DNA of 64,000 bases from the human T2T-CHM13v2.0 reference genome, Homo sapiens: NCBI RefSeq assembly GCF_009914755.1, contig NC_060942.1; one strand, 5' to 3'. Positions 41,096-54,924 of the stretch are shown here, piece after piece. Every line of letters begins with the position of its first letter. Positions within the stretch are counted from its first letter, which is position 1. The notes below the pieces were generated by a model, which had not been told where the DNA came from, ran no database searches, and saw nothing but the letters and a program-made list of their open reading frames with translations. Both the position numbers and the translations under genes were made by a program.

Positions 41096-43794
41096 GAAAA
41101 GAAATTTTTAACTCCTATCACAGAAAAGAATGTTATTCTTCCTAACACAGAACAAAGTCTACAAATTGTTTTAAAAGCAGTCCAATAGAAAAGTTGATAA
41201 ATAATATACACAGATATTTCACAAAATATGAAGTAAAAGTATACAATTGAAAAGATAACCTCAAGAAAAATAAAGAGCATGCAAATTAAAACTTCATTCT
41301 GATTGAAATTTTCACTTATAGAAATTGACAAAAAATATAAAATACAGCCTGTGAGTAAAGCTCTGAAGAACTATGAACTCACACATTTCATGTATGAGAG
41401 ACAACTGGTACAACTCTATGGAGAGTAATTTTTAATGTATCAGAATTACAAATCAATACTAATATACATATGACTAGGCAATCTAACTTACCTTCTAGGA
41501 ATTTTTAAAACAAGTATACATTTGTGAGATGAAGTATGTACAAGATAAGGCATTGAGACAATGTATGTAATGACAGCAACTAATATTTATTTAGTACTTA
41601 TCATATAATATAGTCCCATCCTAAGTGCGACAGCTTTAACTCATTAATTTCTTGTAACTTCTCTATTGGGTAGGTGCTATTACTGCATTTTACAAATGAG
41701 GAAACAGAAAAGTTAATTAACTTGTCCTAGATTTATTTAGTAAATGATTAATTGGAATTAACAACCAGGTGCTCCAGCTCCAAGGTCCGTTATCTTAACA
41801 CCTACACTTCATTACACAGCAATTGAAAAACACGTAAATTTCCATCAGTAAAAGGCTAGTTAATTAAATATGGTACATACATACAGTGAAATAGTATACA
41901 ACTGTAAGAAAGGATGAGGAATACTCAAGTATAGAAAGACATTTAAAATATACCTGACAGTGAAAAAGGAAAGCGCAGAACCATGGGATATATTATGTTA
42001 CTACTTGCAGAAAAGGAAAGAGAGAGAAGACTATATCTGCATTTTTTAACATGCATTAAAATATTCCTCAAGGGAATATAATAAACTCATAACAATTGTT
42101 ACCTTTCGGGAGGAGGTGGAGGGAAGTTGTATAAACAGGCAGACTTCTGGTGCCTGGGTTATAGGGCATGAAACTTTTCATTATATACCTTTGCATGTTT
42201 TTGAGATTGAGTTAAATAATGTAAACGGTGTGACTACTGTATAATTAAATAAAAGAAATATAAAAAATTAAGATCTATTTATCAACAGACATTATGAAAT
42301 GGAATGAAAATTACATCAGAAGATGCATCTCTTATAATCAACAATGGATTACTTTCCGGAATAGAGAAATATGTATTTTTTTAATTCTAGGAGAAAAAGA
42401 TCAAATAACACGATGGAAACATGACGAGGCATTTCATAGAAGAAGAAACATGAAGTAACGAAACATTGAAAAAGTGGCTCAGTTTTCCTGTCAATTAGGG
42501 AAATGCAACGAAAACCAAAATGGCATGCCCTTCTGGTTGCATAAATTTAAAAAGAAATTAAAATAGCAGTCAAAAATGTCAGTGAGAATGTAGAGAAACA
42601 GGGAAGAATACACCCTGTTAGTAGGAATCTAAATCGATACTTTGAAGAGAGATTTCCAAATATCTAATAAGGTTGAAGATGCACTTCCCTTGTTGCGTAT
42701 ATACCTAGGAATACTCTTAAAGACTAAACAAGGAAACATCCAGGAATGGACAGAGCAGGATTGTTTATAACCACAAAAAAATCTAAATGTCCATCAATAG
42801 GGGAGAGAATAAAAAAACTGATATATACATATCCAATAGAATATTATATGATTGTGAAAATAACTGATAGCTACAAGTGTCAACTGCATAAATGTCACCT
42901 ATATAACATTCAGCAAAAAAAGTTAATTGCAGCAGGATACAAGGAGTATATGATGTCTACAAATATTCGGTTATAGATATATACATGTGTGTAGATATGT
43001 AAAGAGATGTATGGGCCTGATAAACATCTAGTTCAGGTTTGTGACCATCTCTGATATGAAAGGAAAAGAATGGAATTAGGATAGGGTGTCTGGGAGCTAC
43101 AACTCTATTAGTAATATTTTTTTAAGTTTGGAAAAAGGGACCTGGTTTTTTATATTACCCTTTATATATTTTTGTATGTCTGAAACAATGTAAAAACAAG
43201 ATTAAAAAAATAATTTGTGTTATCCTTCAGAGGGATTGTTGCTTCAAGATGTAAGTTAATTTAATAATCACACCTGCAGTAGGGGTGAATAGTAAGAGTT
43301 AAATTCACTAATAAAAAAAATCTTAAAGTGAAACTCAATACATTCTAAATATACAAAGTATACTAGCATTATAAATGATCAATAAATATTTTCATTATTA
43401 TCATTATTAATGTATTCAGAACATTATTACCAAAATAGGGTAAATATAAATAAAAAGTCTGATTTTAGCAAAGTGATTGCTCTAAGAGCTGAGGATAAAG
43501 CAGTTCTGTGTATTTTAGGAAACTTTGGTTCTTTAAATGTTTCCAAGTAAGCATGTGATTAAGAAAATAGTAATGTGCTACAGTAACTATTTTTATTTGT
43601 TCTGGCTGGTAATCAAAACCCTTTGCTCTGTGGAGAGAATTGGTCCCCTGTGATGTGAATCTTGGCTGAGTCTTGTCTCCTTGGAAGCCAAAAATAATCA
43701 GAAACTTTGTCTTTCTTCACCTTGGCACTTGTAATGGACACATGATCCAAGTTCAGTCAATTGCAAGCTTCCACTTAGGACTCCTAAACTTGGA

Positions 43795-44095
43795 GTCTAG
43801 GCACAGTGGCTCACACCTGTAATCCTAGCATTTTGGGAGGCTGAGGCAGGCAGATCACCCGAGGTCAGGTCAGGCTGGCCAACATGGTGAAACCCCATCT
43901 CTACTAAAAATACAAAAGTTAGCCAGGCATGGTGGCACGCACCTGTAATCCCGGCTACTGGGGAGGCCAAAGTAGGAGAATCGCTTGAACCCAGGAGGCG
44001 GAGGTTGCAGTGAGCTGAGATCATACACCACTGCACTCCAGCCTGGGTGATGGAGTGAGACTCTGTCACAAAAATTTAAAATATATATATATGTG
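43795..44095 (+). mobile_element. AluS with small internal deletion
   Basis: ggcacagtggctcacacctgtaatc...gactctgtcacaaaaa. Confidence 0.93.
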
Positions 44096-46249
44096 CAATA
44101 AAATTCATTAAAAAGGTAACATATTTTACACCAATTTCAAACCAAGACCCTGTAACTACTATTGTTTATTGGTAGATTCATTGACTTAACTATGTAAATA
44201 TTAGGAGGCTGAAGATTAATTAGATATTTGTCCTACCATGAAGGAATTAAAAGTCTAATCAGGAATAAGGCCATATAAATACAAACAGAACAATGGTGGC
44301 AGCAGTAACACTCACCACGATTACAGCCCAGTGTAAGAAGGGCTATAATAGAGGCATATACCAGAGTTGTACAGAAGCATAAAGAAGAAATCAAGTCCAT
44401 CTGGCTGCAAGGGAGAGGAAGGAGGCAGAGAAGCCTCCAGGAGAGCACTGGACATTGGGTAGGAATTTACTACACAGTCAAAATGAGAAAGTCATTTAGG
44501 AAGAGGAATACTAGAAGCAGGCAGGCATGAAAACATAGCGCATTTAAGAAAATATGTGTAGTTTTCCCAGCAGTCAGCACAGTGCTTTTACACAGAAGGT
44601 ATTTAAATGTTAGGTTGATACAGGACCCAGTGAATACACGCATGAATAAAGCTAAGCTTTGGGCAAATTTTTGGTAACAGTGTAAGTCCATAATTTACCA
44701 CATGATTTGTTAGTCTATGAGGTTGAATCAGTCTAATTCACTTATCAGCTTAATTTTTGAGACAACTCATAATTCATTTGTTTTTAGTTGTCTAAGGAAT
44801 CTATTAATAACACTCTTACTTATGAATGTTTTATTGCCAATTAAAATATAAGCCTGTAATCTTAAGTTTAAAAAATACTTTTCATGAAATTAATAGAAAA
44901 TAAGTAGTTAAAATACCATAAATACTAGATTATTTGGCACTATCATTGTAAAAGCTGAGTAATTATGAATTTAATAAGCATCATGATATTATATTAAGAG
45001 GTAATTAACACTGAAAAACATAGTAATTCTTTTTGGAGAGACTAATGAGAAATAAGATTAGATACAGTTTTTCATATTTCTTTGACAAATTTGGATAGAA
45101 ATAAACATGGGAAATGCCAACAATTTTTAAATGCTCTCAATATTTTATCCTTTGTTTTGTTTATAAAAGCGTTTTAAAATTAAACACACATACATTTTAT
45201 AAAGTAAAAAAATTAAAATATATCATCTCACATTTTTTTCTAATGTGTCCTAAATGAATTAAAAGAGTTATAATAAGTTGACTCACTGAATATTTTTATA
45301 TAGCCAGTCCTCCTTGTAGCACTTCAACTCTGTGGAAACTGCTAAAGTAAACTTTTAAATTCATTAGATTGATCCTTAAATTTAAGCCCAATTACTAAAA
45401 TATTTACAGTTCTTATTTTTCTACTATCGGGTTATTGCTAAACCTTAGTGAGCATGTATGTGTCCCTACTTTGCTTGTAATTTAACATTGGTCTTCTATT
45501 TCCAGAATCAAGAAGATCCAATGATGTCTCATGACTAAACATAGTATAATACATGGTGAAATAGTTACTAAACATATTAACGTGCATTTGTGTAGTCATC
45601 ATAATGCATTGAGCTAAACCTTGTCAAACTTCACCTATTATCCTCATATCTGAATTTTCAGACTTCCCCTTACAATTGAAGTCTTTCTCTCAGTTTAAGA
45701 CACACTCTTTCTTATGACCTTACTTCTTCAATTTCTTAATGTTTTTAATTAGATTTTAAATCCCATCCCTTATGTTTTTGTAAATATGGAACTTCAAGCA
45801 ACAAGTGGATTTCAATGGCAATCAGCTCTAATGAGAATTTCACTGTTTCATGATGTGGCCTGTGGGCTTGGAGGTTGCTCTGATCCACAGGACTGAAAAG
45901 AGTTGTTGAGCTCTCTCTCTCTGCTCCAATAGTAGCTATGGTTTATGGGCATTTGTGCTTTTATTTGCCCTGTAATACTTATGAGCAAACACACTTCCCT
46001 ACTGATAAAATTAATTTTTCTTTACTGCTATGACTTTGTATCTTCCTTACCCTAGTCTTATTTTTCAATACATCTGCCCTTGTTATGCCAAGGGTACTTC
46101 TTTTATGTGGTATTTTCAACATACTGATTGAACATTCTCCTGCCTGAGTGAGATTAAAGATGTCATCAAATAATATTTTCATCTTGATAATGGGGCCATA
46201 GGGGCACTGGCAGGGTAGGGTGGGAGTGCATCAACTTTCAGGCCACCTT

Positions 46250-47640
46250 GCCTGCTACAGAAACTCACCTGCAGAAGTTACAGTTGATACTACAGTTGTC
46301 AAATGCCACTGTTCTACTTTTCTCCTATTTTACACTTTTGTAACAGTTCACACCATGTCTCTTGCCTCTGTATCTTTGCTCTCTGGAATGCCTTTTCCAC
46401 CTTTCTTGGTTTGGCCACCTCTTATTCATCTTTCTTAAACAGCTCCAGTTTGGCCTAAGTGGGTCTTTTCTTTTACCTTCTGCAACTATGTTTCTTAACC
46501 TTTACCAATGATCTGTTTTTATCTGTCTCACAAGATGGTAAGCTGGTTTAGAGTAAGATATGGGTCTCCTCTCTTCCATGATGATTTTAGGACTTGATAC
46601 CTAGTAGATGTTCAATGAATGTTTGAAAATAATTTGTTTGCTTAGTTTAACTATCTTTATTTCACTTTGCTTCTCTACAGCACTTGATATTGACCACTAC
46701 GCCTTTTGTTTTAGCAAGTCTTTCTCCTGTGGCCTCTTGAACACTCATCTTTGCTTATCCCATTTCTATCTGCCTAAAAACACCTCTGTGATTTCTTAAC
46801 ATCCATCTAATTATCCTCTTTATTTTCTCTCTTTTCCCCTTACTCTCCTCCTTTTCTCCCCTTTGGCCCACTTTCCTTCCCTTCCTCTTTACCTTCCTCT
46901 CACACTAAGTTTTATTCACTTAGCACTTCAACTTTATCTTACAGGATGTTTGACTGCCTGTCTTTACATCTGCAAATTGAGTTCTGTGCTTCCTTCTCAT
47001 TGTGAGACATTCTCACACACAGAGACCTCAAGGTCAACAAGACGAAAATGACTCTAAAACATCATTCTCAGCAAACTATCGCAAGGACAGAAAACCAAAC
47101 ACCGCATGTTCTCACTCATAGGCAGGAATTGAACAATGAGAACACATGGACACAGGAAGGGGAACATCACACACCAGGGCCTATTGTGGGATAGGGGGAG
47201 GGGGGAGGGATAGCATTAGGAGACATACCTAATGCTAAATGACGAGTTAATGGGTGCAGCACGCCAACATAGCACATGTATACATATGTAACTAACCTGC
47301 ACGTTGTGCACATGTACCCTAAAAGTATAAGTATAATAATAATAAAATTAAAAAAAAAAACATCTGTAGCAGTTTTTTAGCTGTTTGCTGTTGAATAATA
47401 GAATCTCTGTCCATTCACATATTCCATTTAGGTATCTCAGATTTATCTTTGGTTGGGGAATTTAAGACAAGCATACCAGTCGAGTTGATTCTGTCTCATA
47501 GACGTCACTCAAACCCATTTACTCAATTTCTATGGCCTCTACCTTAGTTCAGGCTTCCACTTGCTTTTGCCCAGATTATGGTAGCAGCTGCTACCTAATC
47601 TCTCTGCCTCTAGAATCCTGTTCCATTCCACCTTTTCGGA
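46250..47640 (+). mobile_element. Decayed L2 fragments
   Basis: cctagtagatgttcaatgaatgtttgaa; ccttagttcaggcttcc...ttgcccagattatggtagcagctgctacc. Confidence 0.55.
47061..47360 (+). mobile_element. 5'-truncated L1PA (PA4/5-like) 3' end
   Basis: atcattctcagcaaactatcgcaaggacagaaaacc...gctaaatgacgagttaatggg...poly(A); TSD aaaacatc. Confidence 0.95.
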
Positions 47641-47999
47641 TGAAAACTAGCATTGTCTCTGCTAAGGAATGTTTGATCAATATTTTATGTACTTTTTTAT
47701 TAAAGTTATCTGACATCTACTCTGGTGCTATTACCACACTCAACTATTGAAAATTCCTTATAATTATGACACAACCTCATGTCACTGTGTCTTAGCTCTG
47801 TCTGCAATATCCTTCCAATACACATGTAAAATATATGTAAACAGTGCCTAGCCCACAGTGTTCATTCAGACAGTGATTAGGGTGATGATGGTAATAATAA
47901 TCATCATCATATATTTCCTGCAACTATCTCTGACTTCTTGAAGAAGTAATTGCCATTCCTGTACATTTCTATAGTATTTTTAAATATCTGTGTTATAGT

Positions 48000-48472
48000 T
48001 GTGAGAGGAAAATAAAAACTTGGGACCACAATTCATTCTGCAAAACGGAAAAAAATTAAGCTGAAAGGGGAAACGTGCAAGAAGCTGGCTTTTCTTTTGT
48101 TCCTAAGCAGATAGCTACAGAAAAAAAGGTTAAATATCTTCACAGGTAGCTACTCTATGTTCACCTTATCTTATGTAAAGTGCTGATTAAAGAGCACAAG
48201 AACATAACTGACTATTCTTCTACCTTCTCTTTCCTCTTGCAACATGTGGATTCAGTAATGTGACCACACCCTCCCTCTTTCCCCTCCAGCCCACTTTTCC
48301 CTTTTAAATATTGAAGACTTCAAAGTCATCTTTGGAGAAAGGCACAGAACACAGGCTTTTACTGTGATTCCATTTTTGTTTTTGTTTTTTCTTTCCCAGG
48401 CACTGTCGTTAACCTTGCCAAAATAAACATCTAAATTGATTGAGACCCAACGCAGATACTTTTTGGTTTACA
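48000..48472 (+). mobile_element. ERV1 MER4-group solo LTR
   Basis: TG...CA ends (tgtgagaggaaaataaaaacttgggacc ... aataaacatctaaattgattgagacc...ttttggtttaca); 4-bp TSD tagt/tagc. Confidence 0.85.
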
Positions 48473-49029
48473 TAGCAGTTACTGCATTATTTTACATTCA
48501 ATTGTTTTATTTCTTACTTAAATTGTAATATTTCTAGAGAGTTTTAAAATTGTTGGGGATTTTCTGCCTCAGAGCTTGAAGAAATATTTATTAATAAATA
48601 CTTAAATTAATAAATAATTCAGTTAACTAACTCAATTTTGTAGACAAAAAAAAAAAACAGCTTTAAATTTGTAGTTACTTCCCAAGGTTGAACAAAAATA
48701 GTTAACTGAAGAACTAAACTGAAGCTCTAAATCTAAGGCTAATGTTCAATGTTTAAGCTATTAATAAGTATATTATATTAATTTCCTCAGAAAACAATAC
48801 AATTTATGATTCCCAGTAGCCATTTAAAAATTATGAAGGTGGATTATTTTCAGGTTTATACCTTTCATTACATTTCAGTTTTATACCTTATATACCTTTC
48901 ATAATTTATTCATGCAACCCAAACCAGGTTAATGAGGACCATAGCAAACACTTGTATAACACATACAATGTGCCAGGCCCAGTTCTGTTTCACCTACATG
49001 AATTTATTTATCCCCACATTTCCTGAAAT

Positions 49030-50560
49030 TGTTATTATCTTCTGGCTTCTACAGTTGCCTTGGAGAAGACTGTTCTCAGTTTACATTGTCTTTCTATCGT
49101 AGGTAATCTGGCATTTCTGTCTTGTTTTCTACATCTTCTCTTTGTCTTTGGTGTTCTGCATTTCACCATGATGTGATTAGATATAGATTTATTTGTTTGT
49201 ATTATGTTAGGGATGTTATAATAGCTAAAACAAAGAATTTACATATTTCATTAAATCTCTATGTTTTGATCATCATATCTTTGGATATTAGCCTTCCTGA
49301 ATTATATTTTTTTCTCTGAAATTTATTTTGGATATAAATTGAAACTTCTTTTTTTTCTCATGCCTCTCAACATATTTCCTAACTTTTTATTCTTTATGCT
49401 GAATTCTAATTATATAATATCAGTGTTTTGATTCACCATTTCTCTCATCAAATGTGTATATGTTGATGTTCAATCTGTTCAATAGGCTTTTAATTTCAGT
49501 CTTTATATTTTTAATTTTTATAGGTTCCATTGAGTGCTTTAAAATTGACTTTTATGATTGTGTTTTTCTCACATTTTCAACACATTCTTTCAGATCATTA
49601 TTAATATAAAACATACTTATTTTATTTTCTAGCCCAATAGTTCATAAACAGTGGTGGCTCTGCTCCTCAGAGGGTGTTTAGAATTGTGCAGGAGCACCTT
49701 TGACTGTCACAGGATCTGGGGGTGAGGGTGGGGTGGGTTGTTATTGGCCTTTAGTGTCAGAGTGGAGCAGGAACACTAAACACTCTGCAACACACAAGTT
49801 AATCCTGCACAACAAAAAAAATTGTCCTGCTCCAAATAGAGTGTTATTAAGAAAAACGGATTTAGTCAGAAATGATATTTCTTTTATCTGCAGGTCCTCT
49901 TGGGTCTCTTAACCCTTGGACATGGTGAGTCTCTTCTTTATTTTGAAATTTTAATTGTGAGCTCATCTTCAGAAATTGAGGCTGAGTCTCTCCAGACTGA
50001 TTTCATCTTTATTTTTGTTAGGTGTCTCAGGAGTATTAATAGATTAGTATCATATTTTATATTAATCTGTGAGCCCATGTCACACACAGACCACATAGAT
50101 TTGAATATAACCCTGCGTGATGGTGGGCAGGTCTGTGGCTGTGAGATCTTAAGGCAGAGGTTTTTGTTACCCACTCAGAACAGAAACAAGGATATTTCAA
50201 TGTCCTTTCTCATGGGTAGGAAAAATTTTGACTGGCCCATCTTTTTACTGTTGGTAGCCTTTTGAGGGTCCTGATTTTATGTCTGCAGATATCAATTACA
50301 ACTTACCACCCTGAATGGAACAGAGACCCTATTTCTGCTATTCATATGGGCATGAAGCCCACCCTCCTCAATTATCAAGACCGGCAATCCCCCTCTGCCC
50401 CCCCAGGGCAGCCACAGTGAACCCTTGTTATAACCCTGAGTTTCAGATGTTCCCTATGTTTTTCACTCCAAACTCAGCAAAGTATTAAGAAGGAAGATTG
50501 TGATATTTTATTCAGTACTTTAAGTTTTCGTTTTCTGTTTTTCCAAAAGTAACGTCAGGT
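49030..50560 (-). mobile_element. Ancient L1M 5'/ORF1-like fragment, antisense
   Basis: T-rich decayed L1M phrases (ttctctttgtctttggtgttctgcatttcaccatgatgtg). Confidence 0.6.
49649..49860. mobile_element. MER20 (hAT-Charlie) relic nested in the L1M
   Basis: cagtggt...tgtcaca...ctaaacactctgcaacacaca...cacaacaaaaaaaattgtcctg matches the MER20 layout. Confidence 0.7.
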
Positions 50561-50636
50561 TATCTAGTTTGTCATATTGCCCTGTTCTCCACATTCTGAA
50601 ACATATGGTCTTTTTCTGTTCTTACATTAGAGCAAA

Positions 50637-50670
50637 ACACACACACACACACCCACACACACACACACAC
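50637..50670 (+). repeat. (CA)n microsatellite
   Basis: Directly visible, one interruption. Confidence 0.95.
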
Positions 50671-51553
50671 GAAGAAATGGTGCATATGGTAGTTATGGCA
50701 TATGCTAGCCATTTCAACATTAAATATTTAAACTTTAATGAAGCTTTGAAGTTCAGATGACATAGCCTAAAGTTGGCTTCATTTACAACAACACTTAATA
50801 TTTATGACTATTTTTAATCTAATAGTTAAAACTGTGTTACAGTAGATTTCTCAGAGCTTGATAGAAGTACAGCTAATTGAAGTTATGGAGCTAATGCACT
50901 GACCCATTCACAGGATGATTACCCAAGATTTATGGCTGTCACAGAACAGCCAAAACATGCTGATTTACTTAAGAAATTTTTAACACATGGAAATGCGAAA
51001 TGGTTCAATAGGAAACCATTACTGCTGTCTTCATTTCTTGCCTCTTTGCATAGTAATACACAAAACTGATCAATGCACATTTTCTCATCTACTTTTAAAA
51101 AATAACAGCTTTTCAAATTCGTATTAACAATGCACTCTCCTTTGCTTTTTCAATTTCTGAATATGCCAAAGAACCATAGAATTTCAAAGGCAAATTGTTA
51201 TTTATTTTCCAAGTTTGATTTTTTAATTGTCCTACACAGAACAGTCAAGAGAGAGGAAAATAAGCAGAAATTGCAGTTTAATTCGTTGGGTCTAACATAA
51301 ACAGAAGTTACAAGGAGAGAGCATCAAGCTGCAAATTAGGACACAGTTTTGGCAATGAATTGTAAACCCACAGTTGAAATGTAAAGCCCTTCCTTGATTG
51401 TTAACTAAGTTCCACTTTCTCATAAAGCTCTAGTAAATATAAATGCAACAGCATTTGTGAAATTCTGTGGATCATTACAGAAAAAGTGACTATTTAAGTG
51501 ATAACACTTTTAGTTGTTGGTGACTATGAAACATATTAACAATGCAAAATGTA

Positions 51554-51938
51554 CAACAGGCTCTTCCGTAGCCATGGTTTTGCTTTCCAAGGTTTCGGTT
51601 ACCTGCAGTCAACCAGGATCAGAAAATAGGTGAATACAGTAAAATAAGAATAAAATAGGTGAAAATCAGTGAATACAGTACAATAAGATGTTTTGAGGCA
51701 CACAGAGACAGACCATATTCACATAACCTTCATTATAATATATTGGTATAATTGTTATATTTTATTCTTAGTTGCTGTTGTTGATCTCTTACTATGCCTA
51801 ATTTACAAAATAAATTTTATCACACGTATGCATGTATAAGAAAACACATAGTATATATGGGGTTCGAGACTATCTGAGGATTCAGGCATCTACTAGGGGG
51901 CTTGACACATAACTTCCACTAATAAGGGGGAACTACTG
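51554..51938. mobile_element. MER44 (Tigger7-derived) DNA transposon relic
   Basis: TA flanks; ggtttcggttacctgcagtcaacc...agaccatattcacataac...ttcaggcatctactagggg...ataagggggaactactg. Confidence 0.82.
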
Positions 51939-51954
51939 TACATAATTTGTGTAA

Positions 51955-52302
<348 letters not shown>

Positions 52303-52307
52303 AGATT

Positions 52308-52309
<2 letters not shown>

Positions 52310-52357
<48 letters not shown>
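52310..52357 (+). repeat. (GATA)12 tetranucleotide STR
   Basis: Directly visible perfect repeat. Confidence 0.97.
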
Positions 52358-52359
<2 letters not shown>

Positions 52360-54924
52360 CATGCAGACATATATATACATATATACATACACATATATAT
52401 TTAAATAAGTTTAAAATAAAATTTATTTTATAAATTTAAATAAGTTTAAATAAATAAATAAGTTTATGTATGTTTATATATATGACTTAATCTTTAACAT
52501 ATACTTACACAAATAATATATATATTTGCCACATAATAACCATATTAATAGAGATTAGTAATGTAAGGTAATCTCATAAGAAGAAATTGAGTCGGTGCTG
52601 CTGAAGAAGCAGGGGGACTCTGGGTCCCTATCCTGGGCCAGTGGCCGAAAGTACAAGCAACACAAAAGATTCACAGAAGCTGAGAGAATGGCAGCATCTC
52701 CCCCTGGCATGGCACAGGAAGTTCTATGACCCGTTGAATACAAAGGTGGCTTCAAGGACCCAACTTGACTCCCTGAGTGACTAGTCAGCATGAGCCAGGG
52801 CAAGCAAAAATCTAGTGATGGAGATGCAGTTCTTTTATCTCTCTAAAGTAATGACCAAAATTGCATTGCTAAATAAAGCCAAGGAAACCTGTTTTCCAAT
52901 GCTATATACGTTAAGAATTCTCTGGTTGCTGCCTTTGTGATGAACTTGGCTTTCATATCAATTACCAATGCTTGGGCTATCAGGCTCAAATATAATTAAA
53001 GTTAAAATCAAACTTTGATCCTCCAGCATTTAGTGCAGTTTCCAAGACCTGAATTTCAGGCATTAGTGTGAAACTGAAGTGTAGTGTTAATTACTTGTAT
53101 ATTTCATGGTTAAAAGGGATCAGTGTTGAGTTCTACTTTAATCACGGAGGGCCTATTTGACACTCAGATAAAAGAGAGTTAGGAATTTCCCATGGTGAAT
53201 TTAAAACTGATTTTATAACCCCACCTGTTTGAACACTTAGTCCACAAGTACTTTCTGCTTGGTTGGGTTTTCTGGTCTACTCTCAGTGTCAATTTTCATA
53301 AAGAATTACATGTTGTAATGTTTTGGTTGCTCCAGTTTTTACTGACATCAGCTGAAATAAAAATGACCCCTTTGTTGCAGTATCACAAAACTCAAGAATT
53401 ATAATTTTTGTAAAATTTGTGTTTTGAATAATAGTGAGTTCTATGTGGAAGAATTATATAAAACATGCATGCAATTCTGTAAAGCAGTCCTTAGAGTAGA
53501 ATTTCAGATCTTTCTGACTGGGATGTGGCAAGAAAATACACTGACCCATCACCAAGCAAAGGAGATAGCAAATGTGTGTGCGTGTGCACACTCCTGGTAT
53601 AGGTACGTGTATGTCATCATGTGAAAATATGCTGTTTATTTTTGAAATAATAATCCAAGGCAATATGGGACCATTTCAATTAGATACAATTATGGCTCTA
53701 AATTGGATTGATTGGGGCATTACTGCAAAGGAGGAGGAATACTTCTGCATCAGTGAGTGTATCTAACCAAAGAACTGTCAGAGAAGGTAGTGACCATCTC
53801 AAGTGAATGATTAATTAGATTTAATTCAGAAACATGCACTTTAAAAAGAAAGTAGCAACTCTACATTATTAGCATTATAAATATACTCAAAGCTATATGA
53901 TCCATTTTATTTTAATCTTATTTTTATTTGTTTGGCAAAGAAATAAGTCAACTTCTAATTGATTAAATAATAAGGCTCCAGAATCTTTCACCACTATCAA
54001 TTTGTCCAGTTTGCCATGCAGCTTACTCTTTTGTGCCTAATCACAGGGACCTTCTATTAATAGAAGGCTGCAAATCCTGAGTGCCAATCTGAATTTATTA
54101 CACTACAATTTTAAACATCGCTTCATGGTCATAAAATTGACATTTAAGTATTACTCTTAGGCATCTTCAATTGCTTATATTTGTAATTATCATTAGACTT
54201 TCCAGTTATTTAGACTTTAATAATTTTGCAAAAAAATAATTTAAAAAACTACATAAATATATATTCTCTCTTCCATATTTGAGAGGCTGACAACATTTGG
54301 ATAAAATTCTTAATATGATTTACAACTCCCTGGACCCTACTGGTCCAATCCTCATTGTACCACTCTTCTTGGTATATAATAAGTGTTCAGTAAATATCCG
54401 TGAGTGATTGATTGACTGCAAGGTATATTAAAAAGAGAATAGTGTCAAATAGACCTAGCCTCACATATTTTAGCTATATGACTTCAGGCCAATTATTTAA
54501 CCTCCCTGGGCTTCCAATCCATCCTCTATTAATACTTACCTGACAGCACTGCTGTGAAAATAAAATAAGACAACATAAATAAAGCAAATAGAACATTGCT
54601 CCGATATAGTAAGTGTTCAATAAATATTAATTTCTTTCATTGGATAGTTTTTCAGTGTTGCACATGCTGATAAGTGAGCAGCTGCATCTCAGTCAGAATG
54701 ATATTTCTAGAATGGTTTAGCCTCACCTCATTAATAAATATGTGTGTTATAAAAATAACTATTGTGTGTAACATCACAATAAAAATGGTAGGTTGGTATA
54801 TAATGAAAAAATGCATTGAACCATCACTAATATGACTTGCTTGATACAAAATTGAAATGAAAAAAAGAATGTCTTAGACTTGGATTGTTAGTAATTTTTG
54901 CATAAATATTTTGTCTAAAATAGG

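Larger units (their letters stand above)
39230..43200 (+). mobile_element. Cluster of ancient L1M (L1ME-type) ORF2/3' fragments carrying nested insertions
   Basis: A-rich L1M ORF2 relics (gggacaactggaaaacc, aaatgtccatcaataggggag) interrupted by two Alus, an L1MB/MC fragment and a MIR (~41575-41810). Confidence 0.7.

Noticed and set aside
52395-52470. Repeated aaataagttt units with spacers as a CRISPR-like array
   Set aside because: Low-complexity AT repeat in primate DNA, irregular short spacers, no cas genes
54532-54545. ATACTTACCTG, identical to the start of U1 snRNA
   Set aside because: It lies in the MIR core (aatacctacctcacagggttgttgtgagg-like context); no further U1 similarity
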